64,000 bases of DNA from Desulfomonilia bacterium. GTDB taxonomy: Bacteria; Desulfobacterota; Desulfomonilia; UBA1062. Positions within the stretch are counted from its first letter, which is position 1, and each line of letters starts with the position of its first letter. Shown here one piece after another: positions 9,478 through 20,969 of the stretch. Both the position numbers and the translations under genes were made by a program. Under the pieces are notes generated by a model. It made no database searches, was not told where the DNA came from, and saw only the letters and a list, made by a program, of their open reading frames with translations. Location of the stretch: assembly GCA_050014195.1 (NCBI GenBank), contig JBEKDT010000002.1, positions 64,001 through 128,000 on the forward strand, given 5' to 3'.

Positions 9478-10449
9478 ATGTTTCCAGAAAACAGACCCCG
9501 CAGGCTGAGACGCACGGATACTATCAGGCGCATGGTAAGGGAGACACGTGTCCATGTGGACAACCTCGTCTACCCGCTTTTTATAAAGGAGGGTTCCTCC
9601 CTGAAAGAGCCCATCGATACCATGCCGGGCCAGTTCCGATATTCACCCGACATGCTGCCCAAGCTGGCCAAACAGATTGCTGCACAGAATATCCCGGCGA
9701 TTCTCCTTTTCGGCATACCCAGGAAAAAAGACGCCACGGGGACCTCGGCCCATCAAAAAGACGGGGTGGTCCAGCAGGCCCTGCGCCGCATCAAGGATGC
9801 AGCACCTGAGCTCATGGCCATCACGGATGTGTGCCTGTGCGAGTATACCGACCATGGGCATTGCGGCATCCTCGATGACAAGGGACAGGTGAGCAACGAT
9901 GATACCCTGGAGGTCCTGTCCACCGTTGCCCTTTCCCATGCCAAGGCAGGCGCCGACATCATCGCACCATCCGACATGATGGACGGCCGTGTCGGCATCA
10001 TCCGTGAGTCTTTGGATGAGAACGGGTTCGAACATATTCCCATCCTGAGCTATGCAGTAAAATATGCATCCACATTCTATGGCCCCTTCCGTGAGGCGGC
10101 AGGATCTGCTCCCTCTTTCGGCGACAGGAAGGGCTACCAGATGGACCCCGCCAATGTCCGGGAGGCTATGCGCGAGGCTGCATACGATATCGAGGAGGGC
10201 GCGGACATGATCATGGTAAAGCCTGCCCTGCCCTACCTGGATGTAATCCGCCTCATTGCGGATGAATTCGACTCCCCCTTGGCCGCATACCAGGTCTCCG
10301 GCGAATATGCCATGATCAAGGCCGCCTGCGAGAGGGGCTGGCTCAGTGAAGATGCGTGCATCCTTGAGTCTGTCACTGCAATCAGGCGTGCAGGTGCGGA
10401 CATTATCATTTCCTATTTCGCACCGAGACTCGCCGAGCTGCTTGCATGA
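9478..10449 (+). CDS. hemB: Porphobilinogen synthase
   Basis: RPRRLR, DVCLCEYTDHGHCG, SDMMDGR, FYGPFREA, YQMDPAN, MVKP, YQVSGEY; ATG 9478 after GGAGG. Confidence 0.97.
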   Translation: MFPENRPRRLRRTDTIRRMVRETRVHVDNLVYPLFIKEGSSLKEPIDTMPGQFRYSPDMLPKLAKQIAAQNIPAILLFGIPRKKDATGTSAHQKDGVVQQALRRIKDAAPELMAITDVCLCEYTDHGHCGILDDKGQVSNDDTLEVLSTVALSHAKAGADIIAPSDMMDGRVGIIRESLDENGFEHIPILSYAVKYASTFYGPFREAAGSAPSFGDRKGYQMDPANVREAMREAAYDIEEGADMIMVKPALPYLDVIRLIADEFDSPLAAYQVSGEYAMIKAACERGWLSEDACILESVTAIRRAGADIIISYFAPRLAELLA

Positions 10450-11435
10450 AGCTTCCGCATATCCTTGCCTGGGAGCTTACCAAGGCATGCAACCTGAGCT
10501 GCATCCACTGCAGGGCCTCCGCCACGGACAAACCATGCTCGGATGAGCTCACTACAGATGAAGGGTTTGCCTTGTTAAAAGACCTTTCCAAAGGCGGCAC
10601 CCGGCTCGTCATCCTCTCGGGCGGCGAGGCATTGGTCCACGAGGATGTGTTTACGATCGCAGCATACGGGACATCGCTGGGACTACGCATGACCCTTGCC
10701 ACCAACGGTTCTCTCGTGACGCCCGAGGTGGCAGGGAAGATGAAGGAATCCGGTATAGTCCGAGTCTCCGTGAGCCTGGACGGCGTCACGAGCGATATCC
10801 ATGACACCTTCCGGGGGTTGCCGGGAGCCTTTAACATGGCGCTCGAGGGCATGAGGATACTCGTCGCCGAAGGAGTACCCGTCCAGGTGAATACCACAGC
10901 TGCAGCAATGAACATCTCGCAGATGAAACTTTTTCCTGACTTTCTTAAAGGCTTGGGGGTGATGGCATGGCATGTCTTCTTCCTGGTGCCCACAGGCAGG
11001 GGAGAGAACGTGGAACCGGCCAAGACAATGCAGTACAGGGACATGCTTGAAGATTTCCATGCAGCTTCAAAGATATCTCAAATCGAATGCAAGGCCACCT
11101 GCGCCCCGCAGTACTATAGGATGCTCGCCGAGAAGGAAGGATCAAGCCCTACCAAAGGCTGCCTGGCAGGCACCGGGTTCGGCTTCGTCTCATCTACAGG
11201 CACAGTCCGGCCCTGCGGTTTCCTCCAGATCGACTGCGGGAATATCAGGAAAGAATCAATCAACGTAATCTGGGACCAATCCCCTCTGCTCAGGCAGCTG
11301 AGGGATGAGGGGCGGCTCAAGGGGAAGTGCGGCGTGTGCAAATTCGTTGCGGTCTGCGGGGGCTGCCGTGCCAGGGCATATGAGGTACACGGTGATTCCA
11401 TGGAGGTTGACTCCATCTGCTGGTATCCGAAGTAG
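10446..11435 (+). CDS. ahbD: Radical SAM haem b synthase (alternative haem pathway) with SPASM domain
   Basis: AWELTKACNLSCIHCRA, WHVFFLVPTGRG, KATCAPQYYR, GCLAGTGF, GKCGVC..CGGCRARA. Confidence 0.85.
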   Translation: MKLPHILAWELTKACNLSCIHCRASATDKPCSDELTTDEGFALLKDLSKGGTRLVILSGGEALVHEDVFTIAAYGTSLGLRMTLATNGSLVTPEVAGKMKESGIVRVSVSLDGVTSDIHDTFRGLPGAFNMALEGMRILVAEGVPVQVNTTAAAMNISQMKLFPDFLKGLGVMAWHVFFLVPTGRGENVEPAKTMQYRDMLEDFHAASKISQIECKATCAPQYYRMLAEKEGSSPTKGCLAGTGFGFVSSTGTVRPCGFLQIDCGNIRKESINVIWDQSPLLRQLRDEGRLKGKCGVCKFVAVCGGCRARAYEVHGDSMEVDSICWYPK

Positions 11436-11467
11436 CAATGTAGGGTGGGTAGTAATGGAAACTATGC

Positions 11468-11914
11468 ATGGATAGAATAGACAAAAAGATCCTCAGTATC
11501 ATCAACAAATCAATCCCCATTTCCGAACGGCCGTTCCTGGCCGTGGCCGAGACTATGGGCATGTCCGAAGCAGAGGTGCTCGACCGCTTAAAAAAACTGA
11601 AGACCAGCGGCATCATCAGGCGGATCGGCGCGACCATCAATCCACGCACCATCGGCTGGAACTCCACGTTATGCGCAGCTGATGTGGCGATGGACCGCAT
11701 TGAAGAATTTGCCGAGTTCATAGACAGATATAATGAGGTGACCCACAACTACCTGAGGGAAGGATACCCCAACTGCTGGTTTACACTCATTGCGCCAAGC
11801 TCGGATCGTATCAGCGAAATCATCTCCGAGATAGAACATGCCCTCAATATCAAGATCATTAACCTGCCTGCCCGGAAGGTCTTCAAGATCAGGGTAGCCT
11901 TGGAAATTGAGTAG
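11468..11914 (+). CDS. ahbA: Siroheme decarboxylase subunit (AsnC/NirD-like)
   Basis: IPISERPF, GIIRRIGA, STLCAA, VTHNYLR, NCWFT, FKI. Confidence 0.85.
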   Translation: MDRIDKKILSIINKSIPISERPFLAVAETMGMSEAEVLDRLKKLKTSGIIRRIGATINPRTIGWNSTLCAADVAMDRIEEFAEFIDRYNEVTHNYLREGYPNCWFTLIAPSSDRISEIISEIEHALNIKIINLPARKVFKIRVALEIE

Positions 11915-11922
11915 CGCTTTCC

Positions 11923-12405
11923 TTATCTAAACACCCTTGAGATGATGCTCTGTTTAGGTTTACCCTGGTATTTCTTCTCCTCTTCCTCATACCCGACGCA
12001 GGTGAAGTATATGGCCCGGTCAAAGAACCACACCACCCGGTTGTTGAATTCAAGCGCCTGCATGAGTTGGAAAGAGGAATCGAAGAAGTTCGCCTCCTGT
12101 ACATAGAGCCACAAATGCCGTTTGATGAGCTCTAGAGCCATGACAACATCGCTTAAGGGGATGCCCTCATGAAACCTCTGAATTCCAAGTTTCAGGTAAT
12201 GGTCCTTGATTTCACCCCTTACCCTGTCCCCCACGAGCCAAGAATCAAGCCTGCTGTAAACATCATATACACGGTCATAGACACTGTCTTTATTCAGCTT
12301 ACGATAGCCCTTGGTCTCCTCTCTGCTGAGCAGGTCCTTACAGAGGCGGTTGGTCAATGTGTCGGCGTTATCCTTAATCATATCAACTAATTTTTCCGAT
12401 ATCAT
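11923..12405 (-). CDS. Stand-alone helical protein resembling RsbRD_N/protoglobin-like sensor domains (paralog B)
   Basis: YLKLGIQRFHEGIPLSDVVMAL..IKRHLW..FFDRAIY; ATG 12405 after GGAGG. Confidence 0.65.
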   Translation of the reverse strand: MISEKLVDMIKDNADTLTNRLCKDLLSREETKGYRKLNKDSVYDRVYDVYSRLDSWLVGDRVRGEIKDHYLKLGIQRFHEGIPLSDVVMALELIKRHLWLYVQEANFFDSSFQLMQALEFNNRVVWFFDRAIYFTCVGYEEEEKKYQGKPKQSIISRVFR

Positions 12406-12500
12406 ACGGCCTCCCTCATGGGTGTAATTATCCTGATGCTTCCTTAAAAAGAACAAACCATTTCCAGCGCCGGCGGGATCCTCCCGTCTAAAAAAAGCAA

Positions 12501-12989
12501 CTACTTCTTCTTAAAAAACTTGCTCAGCAGACTTTCAGAACTGGACTTTACATATTTGACCAATTCCTCCTCATATCCGACGGTCGCGGCAATGATGGCA
12601 CGATCAAAGAAAAGTACGATGCGGTTGTTCATCTCAAGGCTTTTCATGAGCTCATAGGATGATTCGAAAAAGTGTTTCTCCAGGAGATACAGCCAGAGAT
12701 GCCGTTTGATGAGCATAAGAAACATGACCACTTCATGCAGCGGGATGCCGTCTTGAAAACGTTTCTTCCCCATCTCACTGAAACGCTTGTGGATCTCCTC
12801 TTTGGGACGGGCCCTGTCCAGCCAGTAACTTAAATTGCTGTATACATCGTATACCCGCTCATACATGATCTCTTCAGAATACTTTTTATGGTACTCTGTC
12901 TCTCCTCTGGTCAGGAGATCCTTGACAACCCTTCTGGACAACGGCTCGGCATCGGTTTTCAAAACTTCCATAATCTTCAAATAAAGCAT
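12501..12989 (-). CDS. Stand-alone RsbRD_N/globin-like protein (paralog A)
   Basis: MGKKRFQDGIPLHEVVMFL..IKRHLW..FFDRAI; collinear with 11923-12405; GGAGGAG RBS. Confidence 0.65.
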   Translation of the reverse strand: MLYLKIMEVLKTDAEPLSRRVVKDLLTRGETEYHKKYSEEIMYERVYDVYSNLSYWLDRARPKEEIHKRFSEMGKKRFQDGIPLHEVVMFLMLIKRHLWLYLLEKHFFESSYELMKSLEMNNRIVLFFDRAIIAATVGYEEELVKYVKSSSESLLSKFFKKK

Positions 12990-13144
12990 GACTCCTCCAT
13001 TCGCATGTATACCGGGCGTATGATTCGGCCAGACCCGTCGTATTTCTTTTTATAATACATTGATTCCATGCAAAAGCGCAACGATCAAAACCTCAAGGAG
13101 GATTGGAACCCCCTCCCTGGGAAAGATCGTTTATCATCATTATG

Positions 13145-13555
13145 CTATTTATGGTACGGTTCACCCCGAATGATGGTGAAGGCACGGTAGACCTGTTCCA
13201 GAAGCATTACCCTGATAAGCTGATGATTGAATACCATGCAGGACAGCGACAATGACATGTCCGCATTTTCCAGAACGGTCTTGGGGAGCCCTTCCGGACC
13301 CCCAACATAGAAAAAGAGATTCTTGGTGCCGGAGAGCTGATAGCGCTCAAGGAGCTTGGCGAATCCCTCTGAAGTCAGCGTACTTCCTTCGGGAACCAAA
13401 ACGATATGCCTGCCTACCCTGGTCTGCGGTTGGAGATCCTTGGATTCGATTATCTCGGTTGGTGCATACTTCTGGATTCTTTTAAAGTATTCTTCCACTG
13501 ACTCCTTTATGGGTCCCTGATTGGTCTTGCCGGAAAAACAGAAGACGATCTTCAC
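13145..13555 (-). CDS. rlmH: 23S rRNA pseudouridine-1915 N3-methyltransferase
   Basis: VGGPEG, LSLS, HQLIRVMLLEQVYRAFTI..PYHK. Confidence 0.95.
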   Translation of the reverse strand: MKIVFCFSGKTNQGPIKESVEEYFKRIQKYAPTEIIESKDLQPQTRVGRHIVLVPEGSTLTSEGFAKLLERYQLSGTKNLFFYVGGPEGLPKTVLENADMSLSLSCMVFNHQLIRVMLLEQVYRAFTIIRGEPYHK

Positions 13556-13873
13556 TTAAAGCACCCTTTTGGCCTCATACCACATGCTTTCCATATCATA
13601 GTAGCGCCTGATATCATCCTGGAATATGTGTATGACGACATCTACATAATCCAGAAGCACCCAGCGCCCTTGTCCTATTCCCTCCCTGCCGTAGGGCTTC
13701 CCGAAAGTTGCTATTACGTGTTCCGCCATGGCCTGGATCTGCCGGTCGGACATTCCCGTGCAGATGATGATATAATCGGTGAAGGAGCATACCCCGCGCA
13801 CGTCCAACACTACGGTGTCAGCGGCCTTTTTATCCTCCAAGGCCGAAACATACTCTTTCCACTGCGGCTTCAT
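13556..13873 (-). CDS. rsfS: Ribosome silencing factor
   Basis: EDKKA, DYIIICTG.SDRQ, WVLLDYVDVVIHIF, YYDMESMW; ATG 13873 chosen as start. Confidence 0.95.
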   Translation of the reverse strand: MKPQWKEYVSALEDKKAADTVVLDVRGVCSFTDYIIICTGMSDRQIQAMAEHVIATFGKPYGREGIGQGRWVLLDYVDVVIHIFQDDIRRYYDMESMWYEAKRVL

Positions 13874-13874
13874 T

Positions 13875-14504
13875 CTAGGTGTAGATTCTTTCATTTCTGA
13901 TATAGTCATGCACCTCCTCAAGAACGAGATATTTTATGGATCTTCCCTGCTTGTTTAGGTTACGGATCTGTGAAGATGATACCGCATAGGCAGTGACTTC
14001 TACAAATATAATTTCATTGTTGGAATCGTTGATGAACCCCTTCGGGGTTGCCTGGAAGCGTTCTGCTCTTTTCCCAAGCAGATCGGCAAGAGGGTATTTT
14101 AAGGCATCCGGCCTGGACATGACGACGAAGTGTGCGACATCGAAGAGTCTTTCAGCCTGATACCAGCTTGATATCTCGTTGAAGGCGTCCTGGCCGAGGA
14201 TGAAGTATGGTATAGAGCCGTATGTTTCACGGATATGTTCGATGGTCTTGATCGAATACGAACTCCCGAGGCTGTCCACCTCGAAGGATGACACCTCGAA
14301 GTGGGGATTGGACTTGACCGCCAGCCTCACGATCTCGAGACGCTTGGACCCCTCCACATTATCGGAGAGTTCTTTATGCGGCGGGAGATAGGAAGGCACG
14401 AAGATGATCTTATCCAAGAGAAGTGCTTCCCGAACCTCTTCGGCAACGCGAAGGTGCCCTATGTGAATAGGGTTGAATGTGCCGCCGAATAGTCCCAGCC
14501 TCAT
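13875..14504 (-). CDS. nadD: Nicotinate-nucleotide adenylyltransferase
   Basis: GGTFNPIHIGH, PPHK, SYSIKT, ILGQD, SSSQIR. Confidence 0.95.
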   Translation of the reverse strand: MRLGLFGGTFNPIHIGHLRVAEEVREALLLDKIIFVPSYLPPHKELSDNVEGSKRLEIVRLAVKSNPHFEVSSFEVDSLGSSYSIKTIEHIRETYGSIPYFILGQDAFNEISSWYQAERLFDVAHFVVMSRPDALKYPLADLLGKRAERFQATPKGFINDSNNEIIFVEVTAYAVSSSQIRNLNKQGRSIKYLVLEEVHDYIRNERIYT

Positions 14505-15753
14505 TGCCTGATCTGGCCGTCCCCGAAGCAGACGAACTTCCGGATTGTGAGGTCTTCAATCCCCATGGGCCCGTATGCGTGAATCTTGGAGGTGCTGATG
14601 CCCACCTCCGCCCCCAGGCCGAACTCGCCGCCGTCGGAAAACCGGGTGCTGGCATTTATCAGAACCGTGGAAGAGTCCACCTGATTGATGAACTCCATGG
14701 CCCTTGTGTAATTCTCCGTTATGATGGCCTCGGTATGATTCGATCCGTACTTCTCGATGTGATCCATGGCCTCGTGGATGTCTTCCACGATCTTTACAGC
14801 CAGGATCAGGTCGAGGAATTCCGCATACCAGTCTTCCTCGGTGGCGACCTTCATCTCGGGAAGAAATGCCCTGCATCTCGGGCATCCCCTGAGCTCCACG
14901 CCGTTCTGCTTGTATATCCGGGCCATCTTAGGCAAAAAGATCCCGGCAACGGGTGCATCGATGAGCAGGGTCTCCATTGCGTTGCATACTCCCGGCCGCT
15001 GGACCTTCGCATTGAGGCAGATGCTGTACGCCTTCTCAAGGTCGGCCTGCCTGTCTACAAAGATATGGCACACACCCTTGTAATGTTTGAGCACCGGGAT
15101 GAGCGAATTCTCCGCCACAGTCCTGATGAGGCCCTCACCGCCCCTGGGTATGACAAGGTCGATATAGTCCTCAAGCTTGAGCATATCCAGTATCGCCTGC
15201 CGGTCGGTAACCGGTATGAAGCCGATCACATCAGGATCGATGCCTGATTGTGTTAAAGATTCCTTGAGGATTTTAACAATGGCGGCATTCGAGTTAAAGG
15301 CCTCTGATCCTCCCCGCAGAATGACTGCATTGCTTGATTTCAGGCACAGACCTGCAGTATCGGCCGTTACATTAGGCCTTGATTCGTAAATGATGGCCAC
15401 TACACCGATGGGTATGCGCATCCTGCCGACAACCAGGCCGTTCGGCCGTCTGACCATACCGGTGATCTGGCCCACCGGGTCGTTTTGATCGGCGATCTCT
15501 TCAAGGGCCTTGGCCATGCCTTCGATGACTTTGTCGCTCAAGGTCAGCCGGTCGATCATTGCACTGCTCAGGCCGGTCTTAAAGGCTTCATCAAGGTCCT
15601 TTGCATTCTCCTCTTTGAGAAACTCGGCCGTGCTTCTCAAAGAGGCTGCCATGTGTCTGAGGACTTCAGTCTTCTTTGCACTGGGCAGCCCCATAAGGGA
15701 CTTGGAAGCCCTCTTCGCATTGGCGGCTATATCCTTAATCACCTGGCTGGACA

Positions 15754-15754
<1 letters not shown>
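14501..15754 (-). CDS. proA: Glutamate-5-semialdehyde dehydrogenase
   Basis: YESRPNVT, IPRGGEGLI, VCNAMETLL, NASTRFSDGGEFGLGAEVGIST. Confidence 0.97.
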
Positions 15755-18149
<2,395 letters not shown>

Positions 18150-18165
18150 GGCCTGTAAACGCCTC

Positions 18166-18477
18166 CTAGTCTTTAGAGATCTTTGTGATACGCACTTCGG
18201 TAAGATACTGCCTGTGGCCTATAGTCCTGCGGTATCTCTTCCTGCGCTTCATCTTGAACACGAGGATCTTCTTGTCCCTGAGTTGTCTGACGACCGAAGC
18301 ACTGACCTGGGCGCCCTTGACCGTAGGAGAGCCGATCGCAAACTCGTCACCGCCGAGGAGCAATACATCGGCGAAGGTGACCGTATCGCCCTTTTCCGCT
18401 TCCAGCTTCTCTACGCGAAGGATGTCACCCTCTTCTACCTTGTACTGCTTCCCGCCTGTCCTTATAACCGCATACAT
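18166..18477 (-). CDS. rplU: 50S ribosomal protein L21
   Basis: [26 protein letters not shown]; ATG 18477. Confidence 0.98.
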   Translation of the reverse strand: MYAVIRTGGKQYKVEEGDILRVEKLEAEKGDTVTFADVLLLGGDEFAIGSPTVKGAQVSASVVRQLRDKKILVFKMKRRKRYRRTIGHRQYLTEVRITKISKD

Positions 18478-18622
18478 GATGCACCTCGAAAGCATGGTTG
18501 TTCAAAGAATGAAGAGCTATTAATGAAAGTGCTCGGTGTTGTCAAGGAATTTCCCTGGGGAATTGTTAAATTCACCTAAAGTAAAACGACAAAGCCCTCA
18601 TGCCATAATTTAAAAAAAGGAC

Positions 18623-18756
18623 AAAAAAAATGCCAGAAGATTCAGGTGTGGGGACGGTTGCGGAATGGTGTGTCCCTTCTTCTGGCATCAAAAGGAGGTT
18701 TCAGTTAAGAACTTTGTTTTCGAGTATTGACCTTTCTTTGCTTTTCTATTTTTTTA
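18623..18756 (-). ncRNA. Candidate sigma-54-dependent small RNA (about 135 nt) with anti-SD motif and 3' stem plus U-tract
   Basis: Upstream GG-N10-GC box; A-rich 5' part; AACCUCCUUUU; 11-bp stem 18630-18640/18678-18688 with inner stem 18650-55/18672-76; U8 tail; no ORF with an RBS. Confidence 0.5.
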
Positions 18757-18766
18757 CTCAATATAT

Positions 18767-18782
18767 TGCCAAATATATGCCA
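18767..18782 (-). promoter_or_regulatory. Putative sigma-54 promoter
   Basis: Minus strand TGGCATATATTTGGCA (GG-N10-GC). Confidence 0.55.
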
Positions 18783-18908
18783 CTGGGAAATGTATCTTCA
18801 AGGCATTGATTACAGACTCTATTATTGGATTCTATTCGCGTCCTTTGGTGGCTGCACCCAAACAGCCTTCATTTTTTGTGGTCGCCGGACCATAGCCTAT
18901 GGTTTTCA

Positions 18909-19208
18909 TTACCTACTTATCTTTAACCTGATCTTAAACTTGTTTACCTTGCCCTGCTCCTGGTTGACCATATCCGTGACCTGGCCAAGGCCGAAGACCT
19001 TACCGCCGCTGCCATGTGGATTCAACTGAGGATTATCCCGGCATTCCGGACAGAAAGACCTTATGGCAACTTCCTCTTGAGCAGTGCGCCATATCTCAAT
19101 GCTTCGGCATTTCTTGCACAATGGCCTCAGGCAGCCATCACACTCAGTGATGGATTGTCTCTCATTGCATATGCCGCAGAATTTTAAATTTACATTTTGC
19201 TTTCTCAT
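18909..19208 (-). CDS. Small Cys-rich (zinc-finger-like) hypothetical protein
   Basis: CGIC, CDGC, CKKC, CPEC: four CxxC pairs in 99 aa. Confidence 0.7.
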   Translation of the reverse strand: MRKQNVNLKFCGICNERQSITECDGCLRPLCKKCRSIEIWRTAQEEVAIRSFCPECRDNPQLNPHGSGGKVFGLGQVTDMVNQEQGKVNKFKIRLKISR

Positions 19209-19237
19209 ACGAGTGCCCTGTGTTCTCTTCAGGTAAT

Positions 19238-19253
19238 TGCGAATGCCATGCCA
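19238..19253 (-). promoter_or_regulatory. Putative sigma-54 promoter of the zinc-finger gene
   Basis: Minus strand TGGCATGGCATTCGCA (GG-N10-GC), 30 nt before ATG 19208. Confidence 0.6.
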
Positions 19254-19440
19254 CCTTTAATTCCAGAATTATGAAATATAATATTAATATGTTATGTGCC
19301 GCCCCCCAATACACATGAATATGAAGTTCAATCAGGTCTTATGCATTTGCACCATAGTTTGGTGTTCGGGCCATAATTGACAAGGGATGCCGAATCCTTT
19401 ATTCAATGAACATCTTTTTGCAGCGAGGGTTTACGCTTCT

Positions 19441-20823
19441 ATGGATTTCTTTTTCAAACCTAATGGTATTGCCGTAATCGGTGCCAGCGACAACAAGTCC
19501 AAAGGCGGTTTTCATCTCATCAACAATACCCTTCAAAGCTATAAGGGCCAGGTCTATCCGGTCAATCCGCGGTATGAAACTCTCCTGGGCAGGCAGTGCT
19601 ACCCTGATGTCTCATCCATCCCCGCAGACTTTGATCTTGCCATATACTTCATCCCTGCCCCTTCTCTCCCCCATACCATTAAGGAATGTGCAAAGAAGAA
19701 GGTGAAAGGCATCATCATAGAGTCGGCAGGTTTTGCAGAGGTCGGCCCGGAGGGCAGGAAACTGCAGGAGGAGTGTGTTGCCCTCGCAAAAAGGTATGGC
19801 ATCAGGCTCTGGGGACCAAACTGCATGGGTTTGCTGGATGCCCACAATGGCCATGTTTTCTCTTTCATGTATACGGATGCCTGGAAGACATTGATGAAAC
19901 CAGGTGATGTATCCATGACTGTCCAGAGCGGCATGCTCTCCGCCGGCTTCCTTATGATGATCCTGGAGCGTGGCGGGCTGGATATAAGCAAGATGTGCTC
20001 CATCGGCAATAAATGCGATGTTAATGAGACAGAGCTTTTGGAATATTTCATCAATGATCCCACCACCAATGTTATCGGACATTATGCAGAATCCATTGCC
20101 GACCCGAGGAAGTTTTTTGAACTGGCTTTAGGCACAAATAAACCCATCGTGCTGCTCAAAGGCGGTCGCAGCCCTGGAGGGGCAAAGGCGGCCATGAGCC
20201 ATACGGCCAGTATGGCTCTCGACCATACGATCCTGCGCTCAGTCATGAAGCAGGCAGGCATCATAGAGGTCACGGATATAACCGAGCTCATGGACTTCCT
20301 CAGGGGTTTCTCCAAGATAAAGAAATGTCATGCATATGAAGATGCAGGGACTGCTGTGGTTACTTTTTCAGGGGGTGGCGGTATCGTCACATCCGATCTC
20401 CTGTATGAGTCGGGCCTGAGCCTCGCCGAGTTGAGCCCGGAGACCCTGACTGCCTTGAAGGCGGTCTACCCCCCATGGATGGACCCGGGAAACCCCACAG
20501 ACATCTGGCCGGCTATCGAGCATAGCGGCTTACAAAAGGTTTATACCGCTGTTTCAGAATCCATCCTGCACGATGACCGTGTGGACTCGGTCATCATCCA
20601 CATCTTTGCCAGTATGCCCGAGGCCTCTATGTTTGAAAACCTCGGCAGGCTGAAAGATGAGCTCGGGAAACCTGTAGTGGCATGGCTTGCCGGTGTAGGA
20701 GACAGGGTAAAGACGCTCAGGGCCGGCCTTGAGAATCTGGGTATTCCGGTCTTTGACGAGATGGGCCGCTGCGTCTCATTCCTGGCTGCTGCAAAACAGC
20801 ACTTCCGCAAGCGCGGCAGATGA
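19441..20823 (+). CDS. Acyl-CoA synthetase (NDP-forming) alpha-subunit-like CoA-binding protein
   Basis: IAVIGAS, PVNP, SAGFAE, GPNCMG, QSG, SIGNKCD, phospho-His motif AAMSHT, SGGGG, NPTD; no ATP-grasp domain. Confidence 0.88.
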   Translation: MDFFFKPNGIAVIGASDNKSKGGFHLINNTLQSYKGQVYPVNPRYETLLGRQCYPDVSSIPADFDLAIYFIPAPSLPHTIKECAKKKVKGIIIESAGFAEVGPEGRKLQEECVALAKRYGIRLWGPNCMGLLDAHNGHVFSFMYTDAWKTLMKPGDVSMTVQSGMLSAGFLMMILERGGLDISKMCSIGNKCDVNETELLEYFINDPTTNVIGHYAESIADPRKFFELALGTNKPIVLLKGGRSPGGAKAAMSHTASMALDHTILRSVMKQAGIIEVTDITELMDFLRGFSKIKKCHAYEDAGTAVVTFSGGGGIVTSDLLYESGLSLAELSPETLTALKAVYPPWMDPGNPTDIWPAIEHSGLQKVYTAVSESILHDDRVDSVIIHIFASMPEASMFENLGRLKDELGKPVVAWLAGVGDRVKTLRAGLENLGIPVFDEMGRCVSFLAAAKQHFRKRGR

Positions 20824-20969
20824 AAACAGGCACTGGGCAATAGGGTCTATGCGTATCTTCTGTCCAAAGATCTTCAGTTTTCAGGCATCTTAAAACCGAT
20901 AAGAAATCGAAGAGATCAATGGTTTTAGAAAATCAAGCCCTATGATAAGATACCGTTTAAGGGGGGCAT

